DNA of 64,000 bases from a virus (lineage: Duplodnaviria > Heunggongvirae > Uroviricota > Caudoviricetes), in the IMG/VR virus record IMGVR_UViG_3300022660_000042. The stretch is one strand, 5' to 3'. Of the stretch, positions 37,392 to 48,166 are shown piece by piece. A program made the translations under genes and the position numbers. The number at the start of each line of letters is the position of its first letter. Position 1 is the first letter of the stretch. A model generated the notes under the pieces. That model was not told the origin of the DNA and did no database searches. It saw only the letters and a list, made by a program, of their open reading frames with translations.

Positions 37392-38372
37392 ATGAAAACT
37401 TCTGTGAATGTGTATAATCCGGATATTAAGCTTTGGTACCATGAAGATGCGTTCGAAGAAGGCTCGATTGAAGAGTCTTTCACGAACAACAAGATCATCG
37501 CAGATATTGGTAACGTTGTAAGAAAGATGTGTCCGTCGATTAAGATGAAAATACACACAGATACGTATTGCTGCAGTACCAGACCTAACTATAATGTTGT
37601 CTACAAGCTTTGCCGTGACATGGATGATGCTAATGATGTAGGATTCGGCATTAAGGTAGAATATATGTTGTGTTGTGACAATACTGAACAATATAGACTT
37701 TACCTTATGGAATACAAGGCCGGCAGTAGTAATGAACTCTATCTTCCGACCCGCCTGGAAAAGATGGCGGACAAACGGAACCGTTGTTATATCGACGAAC
37801 ATAACAAGAGATTCGTGTGCAACCGTAATGACAGCGAATATATCTGCAGCATTGTCGATGCCATGGTTACGAAGTACCGCAGGGAAGCGAATGAAATCAA
37901 AGTCGCTAACTATGAAAAACAGAAAGCCCTTGAAGAAATGGCACATAACCTGGTTGACTGTGAACTTCTCGAGGTATGGCCGGACATTAAGAAACTGGTC
38001 TATGATAAGTTATACAGGGATCTTCCAGAGCCTAATGTTTCCGGAGCTGGTAAGGAAACCGTATTGATTGACTGTGCATTTGGTCGTTGTCTGAAAATCC
38101 AGTTCTATTCAGAATATATGTGTCTCAGGTATCTCCGTGGTGTTAATACTGATGATACGAAATCGGATTATTCTATACTCGGTCTTATCATGGCGGCTAT
38201 GAATGACCGTAAGATTGATTATGACAAGCACATCCTGTATAAAGACAAGGACTTGATGTTTGAACTGATTACCCGAATTTGCGAAGCATATCGAATATGT
38301 GTAAATGTACGATATAGCCCCTGGAGCAACATAAGTCAAGGGTTATTGCTTCCCGGAAAAATTGTTGAGTAA
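37392..38372 (+). CDS. hypothetical protein
   Basis: 326 aa; own -10 box and GAGGT RBS. Confidence 0.8.
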   Translation: MKTSVNVYNPDIKLWYHEDAFEEGSIEESFTNNKIIADIGNVVRKMCPSIKMKIHTDTYCCSTRPNYNVVYKLCRDMDDANDVGFGIKVEYMLCCDNTEQYRLYLMEYKAGSSNELYLPTRLEKMADKRNRCYIDEHNKRFVCNRNDSEYICSIVDAMVTKYRREANEIKVANYEKQKALEEMAHNLVDCELLEVWPDIKKLVYDKLYRDLPEPNVSGAGKETVLIDCAFGRCLKIQFYSEYMCLRYLRGVNTDDTKSDYSILGLIMAAMNDRKIDYDKHILYKDKDLMFELITRICEAYRICVNVRYSPWSNISQGLLLPGKIVE

Positions 38373-38453
38373 CGTTGAACAAAAAATAAAAAAGAGATTT
38401 GCTTACAAGGCAAGTCTCTTTTTCTATATTAAGAATATAAACGAGAGGAAATT

Positions 38454-39371
38454 ATGGTAAACGTCAAATTAAATAACACGTGGTTTGAAGCCGGCGATAA
38501 CGGACAGTTTTGCAGACTTGCATATTCTAATGCTATTAACGAGGCGATAAGAAGCATCAAAAACGAATATGGGGAATTCTCGCATTTCAATTTTGGTCGT
38601 TCCACTAACAGTGAAAATGCTAGCATTTATTTCCACACGCCGTTGTTTCCTTATCTCGGCTTAGACGAACCTCGTGGGGATTGCCACCCGTCTATCCGCG
38701 TCTATGCTGTTATTGAGCTGGGTCGTGGCAAGAAACATATTGACGAGAAGCATTTACGTATTGACGTGGACATCTTGTGTCATGGTAAAGTTGGAGCTCC
38801 GCTTGAATACAAGACGTTGCAAAAGCGACTTGAAGAAAAAGTGGGACGCAGCATGGACATAGTGCGTTTTCAAAGCGATCTCACTGAAGAACAGCTCTTA
38901 GATGCAACATATTTTCCTAAGATGGTCAGCCGGTATCTTGAGGAAGCTCGAACAATGGTAAGGGAAACTTGGAGAGAGATTCAGGACGGTCAAACCGCTC
39001 GTGAAATCGATCTGTCTGATGTCGGCCCGCATATCGAAGAAATCTTTAAGGCTCATGGTGTACCTGCGGGCGTAGAAACCAGTACAGATATTCAACGCAC
39101 AGTTATTTGTATTAGTGGACTGGATGAAGATGAAGCAGGTACTCTCACGTTGGAGAATACAGGCGATCAGTGGTACATTACGTCCGGTACTTATTGCTAC
39201 GGGTTTGTCAACGAACTGTTTGATTTGCCGAAATACCATCATAAGTCTTATATTAAGCCTGAAAAGTTTGATGAACTGTTCGGGATGATCGCAGAAGAGT
39301 TCAAGCATGAACATGAATTGCGTAAACGTTTTGCTAAGGTCCGCGGAGATTTCATAAGCGATGTCGATTAA
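38454..39371 (+). CDS. hypothetical protein
   Basis: 305 aa; hairpin promoter. Confidence 0.8.
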   Translation: MVNVKLNNTWFEAGDNGQFCRLAYSNAINEAIRSIKNEYGEFSHFNFGRSTNSENASIYFHTPLFPYLGLDEPRGDCHPSIRVYAVIELGRGKKHIDEKHLRIDVDILCHGKVGAPLEYKTLQKRLEEKVGRSMDIVRFQSDLTEEQLLDATYFPKMVSRYLEEARTMVRETWREIQDGQTAREIDLSDVGPHIEEIFKAHGVPAGVETSTDIQRTVICISGLDEDEAGTLTLENTGDQWYITSGTYCYGFVNELFDLPKYHHKSYIKPEKFDELFGMIAEEFKHEHELRKRFAKVRGDFISDVD

Positions 39372-39437
39372 GGTCTTTTAAGTTTACTAAGCTTGTTTTG
39401 TTTTCTATATTAAGAACATAAACAAGAGGTATTAAAT

Positions 39438-40322
39438 ATGGCACAATGGAAAGAAATTTACTCACATGTCAAGCGGTATGACCGCGGTCCTGAAACTTCG
39501 TACATGTGTAAAGTTCCGTCGAACTCTTTGTTTTACGATCGTACACATGTTGTCTCACAGGTCGCAGACATGATGTTGACATTCCCTCGTAAACGTGACG
39601 GGTTTTCATATTATACTACCGATTACAAGAACACTGCGGTATCAGAAAACCTTGGCTATACGTTTGATGGAGCTTTTAATGAAGTCATTGCGCTCAAAGA
39701 TGCCGGCAAGATCGATATTAAGTTCGAAGTTCTCAAGAGAGAAAAATTGGTTAACATGTCGCTTGTTACAAGGACATATTGTACTAAGCTCAATGAATAT
39801 CTGATGGTGCATCTTGGTAACAAGACGAACAAGACGGTCTATGTGTCTGAATTCATCGAGAACGATTGCGAAATCATGCGGAATTATGTAAAGAATATCT
39901 GCACAGAGATAGACACACTGGTTGTCCAGTATTACAACAAGTATTTGAATTCTAACATGGAATTCGATATTGAATATATGGACAATATCGCCAGCACAAA
40001 AGAACATTTGAGCCAATGCGGTCTCAAATTTATTATTGAAGAACATGAGACAAAAGGAAGAAAGATTATCGTTGGTGTCAATGAAGACGACTGTGCGTAT
40101 ATTTACACAGATCCCTGTAAGCTTGATGATACTTATGGGCGTCTTAATGACTTGTTGAAATTCATGGGTATTGAAAAACAGACGAAGGCCTTCAAGAGCT
40201 ATGAAGATATGTTTGGGTTCATCAACACCTTTGCGGATCTCTATAAGATATATAAGAACAGTCTTGACACGAAGTTTAGCGGTATCTTTGATTGTTTTGT
40301 AAAGCCTGCTGAAGCCGCTTGA
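39438..40322 (+). CDS. hypothetical protein
   Basis: 294 aa; promoter and AGAGGT RBS; terminator at ~40344-40376. Confidence 0.8.
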   Translation: MAQWKEIYSHVKRYDRGPETSYMCKVPSNSLFYDRTHVVSQVADMMLTFPRKRDGFSYYTTDYKNTAVSENLGYTFDGAFNEVIALKDAGKIDIKFEVLKREKLVNMSLVTRTYCTKLNEYLMVHLGNKTNKTVYVSEFIENDCEIMRNYVKNICTEIDTLVVQYYNKYLNSNMEFDIEYMDNIASTKEHLSQCGLKFIIEEHETKGRKIIVGVNEDDCAYIYTDPCKLDDTYGRLNDLLKFMGIEKQTKAFKSYEDMFGFINTFADLYKIYKNSLDTKFSGIFDCFVKPAEAA

Positions 40323-40443
40323 TTTTCCATAATACCTCGTTGTAAGACGGACACTGTATGGTGCTCCGTCTTTTTTATTTTCTTCTAATCTATTTTACAA
40401 ATTCAATTTAAAATCCTATATTATAATCAAACAAGGAAATAAT

Positions 40444-41079
40444 ATGGCACGCAAACAAAGAAAAGAAACTATCCTGGCCTTTAGCGACATTGTAAAGTCT
40501 TTTAACGCTAAAGTTAAGCACTTTGACACTATCGCCGAACACATGAGCAAGTTGCCCATGTTAGACAAGACTATTTGCAAAACGTATAACATGGATGATC
40601 CTGCAAAGGACTTGGTGGTCAAGTGTACTTACAGAATCCCGTTCAAGATGGTGGAATCTCAGTTCATGGACTGGGAAAACTATAGCCATAAGCTTCTTTG
40701 TGTTATTCCCGCGGCAATCATGAAAGAGAGTAAGTGTGAATTAACTGTTAAGTTCGATATTAACAAAAACGGGAAAATTCGCTTTAAGATTGATAACCTG
40801 CATTATAATGTATGGCGGAACACAAGAAATGGCAAAGACTGGATTACTCCGGCTGAATCGAAGAGTGTTAAGGAAACGTCTGTTAGCGACATTATTAAAA
40901 ACGCTCTGGAAGACAACAAGAGAAGTAAGGTGTCCGCGAGACGTATCACTGACGATTTCGAATGGTTCAAGGATGCAGTCGAAGCATGTCTTAAGGCAAT
41001 GTCCTCTGATCAGCTGAGAGATGCATACCAGGCCCGAAACATCCTGACGACTGGCCGTGCGATTGCTACTCTGAAATAA
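40444..41079 (+). CDS. hypothetical protein (paralogue of the next gene), CT-tag
   Basis: ends DQLRDAYQARNILTTGRAIATLK. Confidence 0.8.
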   Translation: MARKQRKETILAFSDIVKSFNAKVKHFDTIAEHMSKLPMLDKTICKTYNMDDPAKDLVVKCTYRIPFKMVESQFMDWENYSHKLLCVIPAAIMKESKCELTVKFDINKNGKIRFKIDNLHYNVWRNTRNGKDWITPAESKSVKETSVSDIIKNALEDNKRSKVSARRITDDFEWFKDAVEACLKAMSSDQLRDAYQARNILTTGRAIATLK

Positions 41080-41147
41080 AAATAATTAAGAATTAAGTAG
41101 ACAATTAAGCCATTATTTCCTATATTATAATCAAACGAGAGGATATT

Positions 41148-41822
41148 ATGATTAACGCCAGTATGACAATCGACCAAGCATTTGACGAGAATGCAAAGCT
41201 GTTCCAGTATTACGAGCAGGCCCGAAAGATTATTAAGGAATTCCCGTTCCAGGAATACCTGCATGTCGGCTTCGGCGCCGGCGCTCTTAAGTCCAATGAA
41301 CTTACGTTCAACCTTGAATACAGTTTCGTTCCGACTTACTGCGAATCTCCGTTTAGAGGGTACTACCAGGACAAGGACACAAAACAGTGGTACTATACGG
41401 ATGTTCCGTATGAATGGATTAACGATGTCGTAAAGTCTCAGCCTACCCTGATTGACTTCCAGATGAAATACCGCATTGACAAGGACGAATGGACTATTAA
41501 GCCGAAATATGTCTCCATGCCTTCCTATATCAACCGTAAGGTTTTCCGCAAGATGGAACGAGGTCGTCTGATGGAATACAATGTTCGAATGGTCATCCAG
41601 AAAGACGGTGAAGACGATTGTATTTACAATGCCGTTCAGAAACTGATCGGGTATAGTGCTAAGTGTAAGGCAGCCAACGCCGTGGCTCGTAAGACCAATG
41701 ACATCAGTTTCTTTAAGAATCTGTATACTCGGTTAATCCCGGCTATTAAGAAGGACAGCCTGTTTGAAGTCTTGCAGCTCGTTCAAGATGCTAAGAACAA
41801 CCGAGCAATAAAAATTCTTTAA
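41148..41822 (+). CDS. hypothetical protein, CT-tag variant
   Basis: ends DSLFEVLQLVQDAKNNRAIKIL. Confidence 0.8.
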   Translation: MINASMTIDQAFDENAKLFQYYEQARKIIKEFPFQEYLHVGFGAGALKSNELTFNLEYSFVPTYCESPFRGYYQDKDTKQWYYTDVPYEWINDVVKSQPTLIDFQMKYRIDKDEWTIKPKYVSMPSYINRKVFRKMERGRLMEYNVRMVIQKDGEDDCIYNAVQKLIGYSAKCKAANAVARKTNDISFFKNLYTRLIPAIKKDSLFEVLQLVQDAKNNRAIKIL

Positions 41823-41878
41823 ATTCTGTTTAGTATTAAGTCGAAATTTGCTATATTATAATCAAAACGAGGTATTAA

Positions 41879-42400
41879 ATGGTAAAGCTTAAAGAATTGT
41901 ATCTGAAGTTTCAAAGCGAAGAATGGATGCGTGAAGGTATCAACGATGAATTCCGTGATGCCCTCGGTGAAGTTCTGAGCGATAAGAACCTGGAACACGT
42001 GATGTACTGGATGGAGATCCTGCAGGAATGTGGCCAGGGCGAACACCAAGACGAAATGGACGATTGGGTTCCATTTGACGAAGAGGTCCTCTGTAAGGGC
42101 CTGGAGTCCGCGGCAAAGCTCGTGCTGGACAAGCACAAGGCTGATGCTCTCAATGCGTTGAGCGTCCTTGACGGTGACGAGATCACCGAAGACTTACGCT
42201 CTGAACGTATGAAGGACCTTGAAGCCTTGAATGCACTCGACGGTGTTGATTTCCTCGAAGACCTGGAAAACCAGGGAACCGAAGAGACACCGAACCAGTC
42301 TGCAGGTCCGGGCATGTCGGGTAACATCAAGAAGTTGGGCAATCTTGGTGGTACTCAGGTCTATGGTGTTGGCCCTGGCGGAGCAACGATCAGCCTTTAA
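41879..42400 (+). CDS. acidic hypothetical protein
   Basis: about 38 D/E versus 15 K/R in 173 aa. Confidence 0.8.
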   Translation: MVKLKELYLKFQSEEWMREGINDEFRDALGEVLSDKNLEHVMYWMEILQECGQGEHQDEMDDWVPFDEEVLCKGLESAAKLVLDKHKADALNALSVLDGDEITEDLRSERMKDLEALNALDGVDFLEDLENQGTEETPNQSAGPGMSGNIKKLGNLGGTQVYGVGPGGATISL

Positions 42401-42503
42401 GCAATACCGAAAATAAATTTAATTCAAAATCTATTTACGGTTTGGTTTTAAATTACTATATTATAATCAAACGTTAAACAATTAAACCCAAGAGGATATA
42501 ATT

Positions 42504-43484
42504 ATGGCAAACAAGAATCTTGAAACTCTCAGCGACTCCGAATTCGATGCAATCTTCGGTTGCCTCGATGGTGACGACAATACCGTGGAACAGGAAGCTC
42601 CGATGGCTGTCGAAACTCCCGTGGTCGAAGCTAAGGTCGAACAGCCGGTTGTGACCGACAATGTTGAAGAAATTCAGCCGGTCACCAAGTCCGTGATTGC
42701 TGGCACGCGTCACATCAGCAAGCCCCGTGTGGTTGTCAACAAGTATGCGGGTATGGCTCCGTTGACCGCACAGGAATCCGACGAATTCAACGGCTGGCTC
42801 GCATCTCACGGCCTCTGCAAGACCATCGGCGGTTACGCATCTACTAAGCGTATGCGTGTCTACCGCAACCTCGGAACCAAGAAGAACAAGCAGATCCACA
42901 GCCGTGACTGCATCTATGTGGTCTCCGCTGATGCTTGGCGTAAGAACAAGGAAGGCGTGAAGAAGGTCATCCTGAAGCTCAGCCAGAAGCAGATGGACGC
43001 TCAGAACGTCGTCAAGGTCGCTGAATATCGTCAGCAGATGAACCAGATTGAAGAAGATCTGTTGATGAACCACAACATCGTGATGAACTGGTACAACGGA
43101 AAGTCTGCGACTTTCAAGAAAATCCAGCACAAGATTGTGGCTCAGGACGTTCTTGAAGCTCTCAACGACGCCGTGAAGCACAATGACAATTACGATGTTC
43201 GCAACATGCACCTCCAGCGTTTCCGCATGGGTGCTCAGATTGAAGAACTCGGTATCGCACCGCAGTACGACTGGCGTAACTTCGACGTCATCGTGAAGGG
43301 TGGCAAGGTTGTGTGTGCCTACAGCTACCGCGATTTGATCCCGTTGTATTCTGAAACCTTCAAGACCGGTTTCTTCGACAAGTTCGGCTACAACACCGGA
43401 ATTGTCAACAGCGAAACCGTTGAAAAGGTCAAGGCTCTCGGTGCTGAGCACCAGTGCTACGAAGCAGAAACTAAGGCTGTCTAA
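42504..43484 (+). CDS. hypothetical protein
   Basis: 326 aa; strong codon bias; promoter, RBS and terminator. Confidence 0.85.
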   Translation: MANKNLETLSDSEFDAIFGCLDGDDNTVEQEAPMAVETPVVEAKVEQPVVTDNVEEIQPVTKSVIAGTRHISKPRVVVNKYAGMAPLTAQESDEFNGWLASHGLCKTIGGYASTKRMRVYRNLGTKKNKQIHSRDCIYVVSADAWRKNKEGVKKVILKLSQKQMDAQNVVKVAEYRQQMNQIEEDLLMNHNIVMNWYNGKSATFKKIQHKIVAQDVLEALNDAVKHNDNYDVRNMHLQRFRMGAQIEELGIAPQYDWRNFDVIVKGGKVVCAYSYRDLIPLYSETFKTGFFDKFGYNTGIVNSETVEKVKALGAEHQCYEAETKAV

Positions 43485-43635
43485 GCCTTTTGGTTCTTCA
43501 AGACAGATGGAATCCTGTGACGACAGGGTTCCTCTGTTATTTTTTTCTCTTCTTTATTTGTTTACACTTTGGCTCCAATTTCCTATATTATAAATGTTGA
43601 TAGTTCAATCAACGATTTCACAAGAGGTAATAATT

Positions 43636-44970
43636 ATGGCAAATACGTACGGTTTAACCTGCGAAGAGAAGTTTGAACGCATGCAGCAAACCCTGTATGT
43701 GATTTATCCGAGCATCGCGAGCTTCTATGCGATGTGCAACAAGCGTGTACTTCCGAAGGAATCCGGTGTGACGCTCCGCATGAACACTAAGGAAGGTTCG
43801 ACGCCGTTCATCGAGTATACTGAAAGCTTCCTCAAGACTCTCAGTATCGAAAGTTTCACGGTTCTTACGAGCATCGAACTCTTCCGCTTGCTTCTGCACC
43901 ACATCACTACACGTCTTCAGCCGAATCCGGGGTTGACTGTGCAGGCTTCGAACTTCATCTGTTGCGACTCGAAAATCCGCAACTGTCTGTTGCCCAAGGA
44001 CTTGAAAGAGGTCTTCCCGGATGTCTCTGAACTTCTGGCGATGGAACCGAACTTCAACGTTGTCGAAGACCTGTATCTTGAAAAGGTCTATGCGATTCTG
44101 GAACGTCAGAAGGGTGACGGAAAGGGACAAGGCCAAGGTGGTGGTGCTCCGCAGCCTCAGAGTCAACCGGGTGGCGGTGAAGGTGAAGGCGATGGTCAAC
44201 CGCAGGATGGCGACGGTGATGGCGAAGGTAAGTCCGAGAAGGAACAGGAACAGGATTCTCTGAAGCGTCACTTCAGCGAACAGCAGAGCAAGAAGAACTC
44301 TGAAGGCTGGGGTGAAAACGAACTCGTTGACGCACAGGTTTCTGATGAGGTCAACAAGAGACAAATCACCAGCTGGTCTGACGTTGGTGAAGGAATGCAG
44401 AAGAGAATTCTTAAGGCTAACGAACTTCAGTTTGACCCGTGGACTGTTATTAAGCGCTTCACGACTTCGGTCTTCTCCGATGCCATTGCATTCACGAGAA
44501 TGCGTCCGAATCGCCGCCTTCCTGACATGACGGGTCTTCTGCCGGGTAAGCGTCACAGCATGAAGGCTAAGGTACTCTTTGCGATTGACTGCAGCGGTTC
44601 CATGGCTGAAAGCGAAATCGAACGTGGCTGTGCGGTCGTTAACTCTGCGCTCAAGCATGCTGAAGTGGATTACTGCTTCTGGGATTGCGGTTGCTCTGAC
44701 TTCACGAAGAAGCGCACCAAGGCTTCGGACTTCAAGGGTCTCGGTGGTGGTGGTACGAACCCGGATTGCGTCATCAAGAAGTTGGAAAAGGAAAAGGTGA
44801 GATACGATGGTCTCGTGTTCATCACTGACTGCTACTTCGATTGGCAGCAACCCGCAGGGAAGTACAAGATTTTCATCCTGCACACCAAGGGTGCTGGTGA
44901 ACCGCCGAGCTGGTGTCGCTGGCACTTGGGCATGGACGACATCGAAAAGATCCAGAAGTCCCGCTCTTAA
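43636..44970 (+). CDS. VWA-domain protein (DUF2201-type, MoxR partner)
   Basis: RPNRR, AIDCSGSM MIDAS, GGGGT, FITDC; G/Q/E-rich linker. Confidence 0.85.
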   Translation: MANTYGLTCEEKFERMQQTLYVIYPSIASFYAMCNKRVLPKESGVTLRMNTKEGSTPFIEYTESFLKTLSIESFTVLTSIELFRLLLHHITTRLQPNPGLTVQASNFICCDSKIRNCLLPKDLKEVFPDVSELLAMEPNFNVVEDLYLEKVYAILERQKGDGKGQGQGGGAPQPQSQPGGGEGEGDGQPQDGDGDGEGKSEKEQEQDSLKRHFSEQQSKKNSEGWGENELVDAQVSDEVNKRQITSWSDVGEGMQKRILKANELQFDPWTVIKRFTTSVFSDAIAFTRMRPNRRLPDMTGLLPGKRHSMKAKVLFAIDCSGSMAESEIERGCAVVNSALKHAEVDYCFWDCGCSDFTKKRTKASDFKGLGGGGTNPDCVIKKLEKEKVRYDGLVFITDCYFDWQQPAGKYKIFILHTKGAGEPPSWCRWHLGMDDIEKIQKSRS

Positions 44971-44988
44971 TCTTTGCCTCAGTGAAAC

Positions 44989-45020
44989 CAAGGGGTCAGC
45001 CGAAAGGTTGACCTCTTTTT
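44989..45020 (+). terminator. intrinsic terminator
   Basis: AAGGGGTCAGCC-GAAA-GGTTGACCTCTT followed by a T tract. Confidence 0.75.
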
Positions 45021-45107
45021 TATTGTAATATCGAAAATAAAATTTTAGATTGTTTAGTTTACAAAATTGAAATTAAATTCTATATTAAGATAAAAAGAGG
45101 TTATTGA

Positions 45108-45677
45108 ATGATAAAAAGATATAAGATAAGGACTTCTGCGACTTGGTGGGAGAAGGAAGGTGACCCGAACGTGTATGTCTACGGCAACGTCGACGCGGCC
45201 GGTGAACCTACGAATGACGGTTTCTTTAAAGACTCGACCAACAACGCGATCTTCCCTCGTGCACGCAAGAAGCTTCTCCGCACGGCCATAGTGGAGGAAA
45301 CCCAGGCTTACAAGTTCTTTGAACAGTTCAACTACAGTTCCCAAAGGGATTCGGACGGTATGAGCGTCAAGCCTACAGGCGAGTTTCGCCGTTATGTCGA
45401 TGTGGTTGGACGAAAGAAAACGACGGGCACGAAGTCCACGTATGTGAAGGGGGAATACAAGAGCCATACCTATAACACTACTGTGAACATCTACAAGCTG
45501 AACTGGGCTGGCCAGCAAAAGCGCGACGAACTGCGGAAGGAACAGAAACCGGATTTGACGAGTGTCAACCAGCGTTTAGCTGAAGAGATCAAGCGTGCAG
45601 AAAAGGAATCCGCCCGGTTCTTCGGAGCCTATCACAACTGGAACGTCGAAAACCTGCTCAGCAAGCTCGACATTTAA
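45108..45677 (+). CDS. hypothetical protein
   Basis: 189 aa between the VWA and MoxR genes; own promoter. Confidence 0.8.
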   Translation: MIKRYKIRTSATWWEKEGDPNVYVYGNVDAAGEPTNDGFFKDSTNNAIFPRARKKLLRTAIVEETQAYKFFEQFNYSSQRDSDGMSVKPTGEFRRYVDVVGRKKTTGTKSTYVKGEYKSHTYNTTVNIYKLNWAGQQKRDELRKEQKPDLTSVNQRLAEEIKRAEKESARFFGAYHNWNVENLLSKLDI

Positions 45678-45907
45678 TTTGATAAAAAATAAGTTTAACC
45701 CTTAACCCAAAATTACTATCTTATAAAGCATGTTGAATATCGAATGTTTAATGATTGAAATTCCTGCGGGTTTTACGAAGCTCGCTGGAACAACGAAAGA
45801 AAAAATCTTAAATCTTTTCGTTTACAACTCAATCTTAAAATTCTATATTTAACACGTAAGCAATAACGCTTACAACGTTCAACAAATCAACAAAAGGAAA
45901 TCTGAAT

Positions 45908-47062
45908 ATGAATATTGCTCAGCTCACCAAAGCCATCAAGTATCTGCCCACCCGTAAGTCCATTCTTCTCAAGGGTACCCACGGTATCGGCAAGACTGAA
46001 TGGGTCTCTCACATGGCCGATGTCCTCGGTCTCAAGCTGGTCATCTGGCATGCAAGCCATGCTGCAGATGCTGGCGACATCACTGGTCTTCCTTTCCGCA
46101 TCACTGAAACGGATGCTGAAACTGGCAAGAGCTACGAAGTGACTCGCTTTGCTAAGCCGCAGTGGATGATCCAGAACAAGCCGGTGCTTCTGTTGCTCGA
46201 CGAAATCAACCGTGGCCTCAGCATCGCTTTGAATGCTATCATGCAGCTCACGAACAACGGCACTTACGATGACATCAGCCTCCCTGAAGGTTCTCGCATC
46301 TTCGCATGTATCAACCCTGAAGAAGACGGTAAGTACGATGTGGGTACTATGGACGCAGCTCAGCTTGACCGCTTTGCTATCTACGAATTCAAGCCGACTG
46401 TGGAAGAATGGCTTGAATGGGCTGTCAAGAAGGGTTTGGACTACCGTGTGACCGGGTACATCCAGAGCCATCCGACGAACCTCGACCCGTATACGAACCA
46501 GGAACTTGTCAAGTCTGTCCAGGGTCACGACTGTGCAGTTCTTCCTTCTCGTCGTTGCTGGGAACAGGTCAGCGACACCATCAAGAATGGTGAAGCTGAT
46601 AAGGCTTGGGAAGGCGGTGAAGGTCACAAGCTTCTCACTGAAATTGTTGCTGGTCTCGTGGGCAGCGGAGCTGCTCTTGACTTCATCAGCTACTTCAAGG
46701 CTCAGGATAATGCACTCTCGCCGAAGATGTTGATGGAAGCTGAAAAGATTGATGCTTCCCTGAAGCAGAAGATTGAAAAGCTCTGCAAGACCGACTTCCC
46801 GAACGCAGTCAAGCTCGTCGGTGGTTGCACGCTCTGGATGAAGGAACACGAAAAGGAAATCCCGGGCGAAGTCGGAGCTCGTATGGCTCACAACTTCTAC
46901 GACGTCCTTGAAGCTCTCAACAAGGACACTCGAATCGCTGCGGTCAAGGACTGTGTGATTGAAGCTGTGAAGAAGCAGGAAGCTTGGGCCATCGGCATCA
47001 GCAAGCACGAATCTCGACTCAAGGCACTCTACAAGAATGCTATGATTAGCCGAGACCTGTAA
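45908..47062 (+). CDS. MoxR-family AAA+ ATPase
   Basis: GTHGIGKT, LLLDEINR, MDAAQLDRF, PSRRCW. Confidence 0.9.
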   Translation: MNIAQLTKAIKYLPTRKSILLKGTHGIGKTEWVSHMADVLGLKLVIWHASHAADAGDITGLPFRITETDAETGKSYEVTRFAKPQWMIQNKPVLLLLDEINRGLSIALNAIMQLTNNGTYDDISLPEGSRIFACINPEEDGKYDVGTMDAAQLDRFAIYEFKPTVEEWLEWAVKKGLDYRVTGYIQSHPTNLDPYTNQELVKSVQGHDCAVLPSRRCWEQVSDTIKNGEADKAWEGGEGHKLLTEIVAGLVGSGAALDFISYFKAQDNALSPKMLMEAEKIDASLKQKIEKLCKTDFPNAVKLVGGCTLWMKEHEKEIPGEVGARMAHNFYDVLEALNKDTRIAAVKDCVIEAVKKQEAWAIGISKHESRLKALYKNAMISRDL

Positions 47063-47096
47063 GACTTGTGAGCCTTCGGGCTCTTTGTTGAACGAA

Positions 47097-47130
47097 AGGT
47101 GGTAGTCTGAAATATGACTACCACTTTTTT
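47097..47130 (+). terminator. intrinsic terminator
   Basis: GTGGTAGTC/GACTACCAC stem followed by T6. Confidence 0.75.
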
Positions 47131-47384
47131 GTACTCTTGAAAGAGTTATGCGATCCCGGTCTAAACTCAATTTAAAGACTTGTTTATTTGACCAATATAT
47201 TTTATTGTCTTTTTTAAAATAGGTCTTTAAAATGCGTTTATGGCTTAAATTTTTATATTATAAAAATATATCCACATAATATAAAAGACTTTCCCATTGC
47301 GATTCCGTAATAAAAAATCTTTGACTTTTTCATTTACGATTATTCCAAACTTTTCTATATTATAGACAAACAGTAGAGGTAATT

Positions 47385-48086
47385 ATGAGTACAAGTATTG
47401 TTTCAGGCTTTAACGAAGTTGTTCTCAAGGACAACTCGCAGTTCGCGGAAGGTCGCAAAGACTACTTCAAGTACATTATGGGAAAGCTTGAAGAAGTCGA
47501 TAACGAACCTGAACGTTTTGGCTTTGCTGGGGCTGCGTTCATTCTCGGGCGTAAGCTCGAAAACATAGGCGGTTATTTCACGGGTCGTGACAGTATCGCT
47601 CGAATCGTCCTTCCCGAGGATTCCGCAACTTACGATGAAACCACGAAGGAACTGGAATTCAAGGATGACCGTGAGTTTGCCATCTTCGTCCACGAATCGT
47701 CCCACTTCATTCATCTTGTCTGTGACAAGGGGGAATTCATGAGTCCAGAATTCGAGAAGCTCAAACCTATGAGCAGAGCAGCCGAATATGGCCAGGTGAA
47801 GACGAACACGAAGTATATCGAATACGAAGCGGGCTGGAGAAGCCTGTACAGTAACCGTTGCTTTGAAATGTTCCCGGACGATTCGCTCATCTTTGAAATG
47901 AATCTCCAGAACATGCTGCACTACATGGAGTTCGACGCTTCCGATGCCTTCAAGAAAGACTTGAAGGAAGCCAAGACACCTGAAGACCTCAAGAAGGCCT
48001 GTGACGCACACAAGGACGAATATGACAATGCTGTCAAGGACATCAAGAAGTGGTCGCAGATTTCCTCGTTCGTAGTCAAGGGCTAG
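47385..48086 (+). CDS. putative zinc metallopeptidase-like protein
   Basis: HESSH (HExxH) with downstream EYEAG. Confidence 0.55.
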   Translation: MSTSIVSGFNEVVLKDNSQFAEGRKDYFKYIMGKLEEVDNEPERFGFAGAAFILGRKLENIGGYFTGRDSIARIVLPEDSATYDETTKELEFKDDREFAIFVHESSHFIHLVCDKGEFMSPEFEKLKPMSRAAEYGQVKTNTKYIEYEAGWRSLYSNRCFEMFPDDSLIFEMNLQNMLHYMEFDASDAFKKDLKEAKTPEDLKKACDAHKDEYDNAVKDIKKWSQISSFVVKG

Positions 48087-48166
48087 TTCGAAAGAAAAAT
48101 ATATTAAAATCTGGATTACAAAAACTCCAGATTTTTCTATATTAAAGATATAAACGAGAGGTTATT

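Noticed and set aside
42474-47170. Long antisense ORFs (42474-43451, 43654-44991, 45887-47170; also 54782-55618, 58315-59253)
   Set aside because: Shadow frames of strongly codon-biased sense genes; no independent signals or motifs
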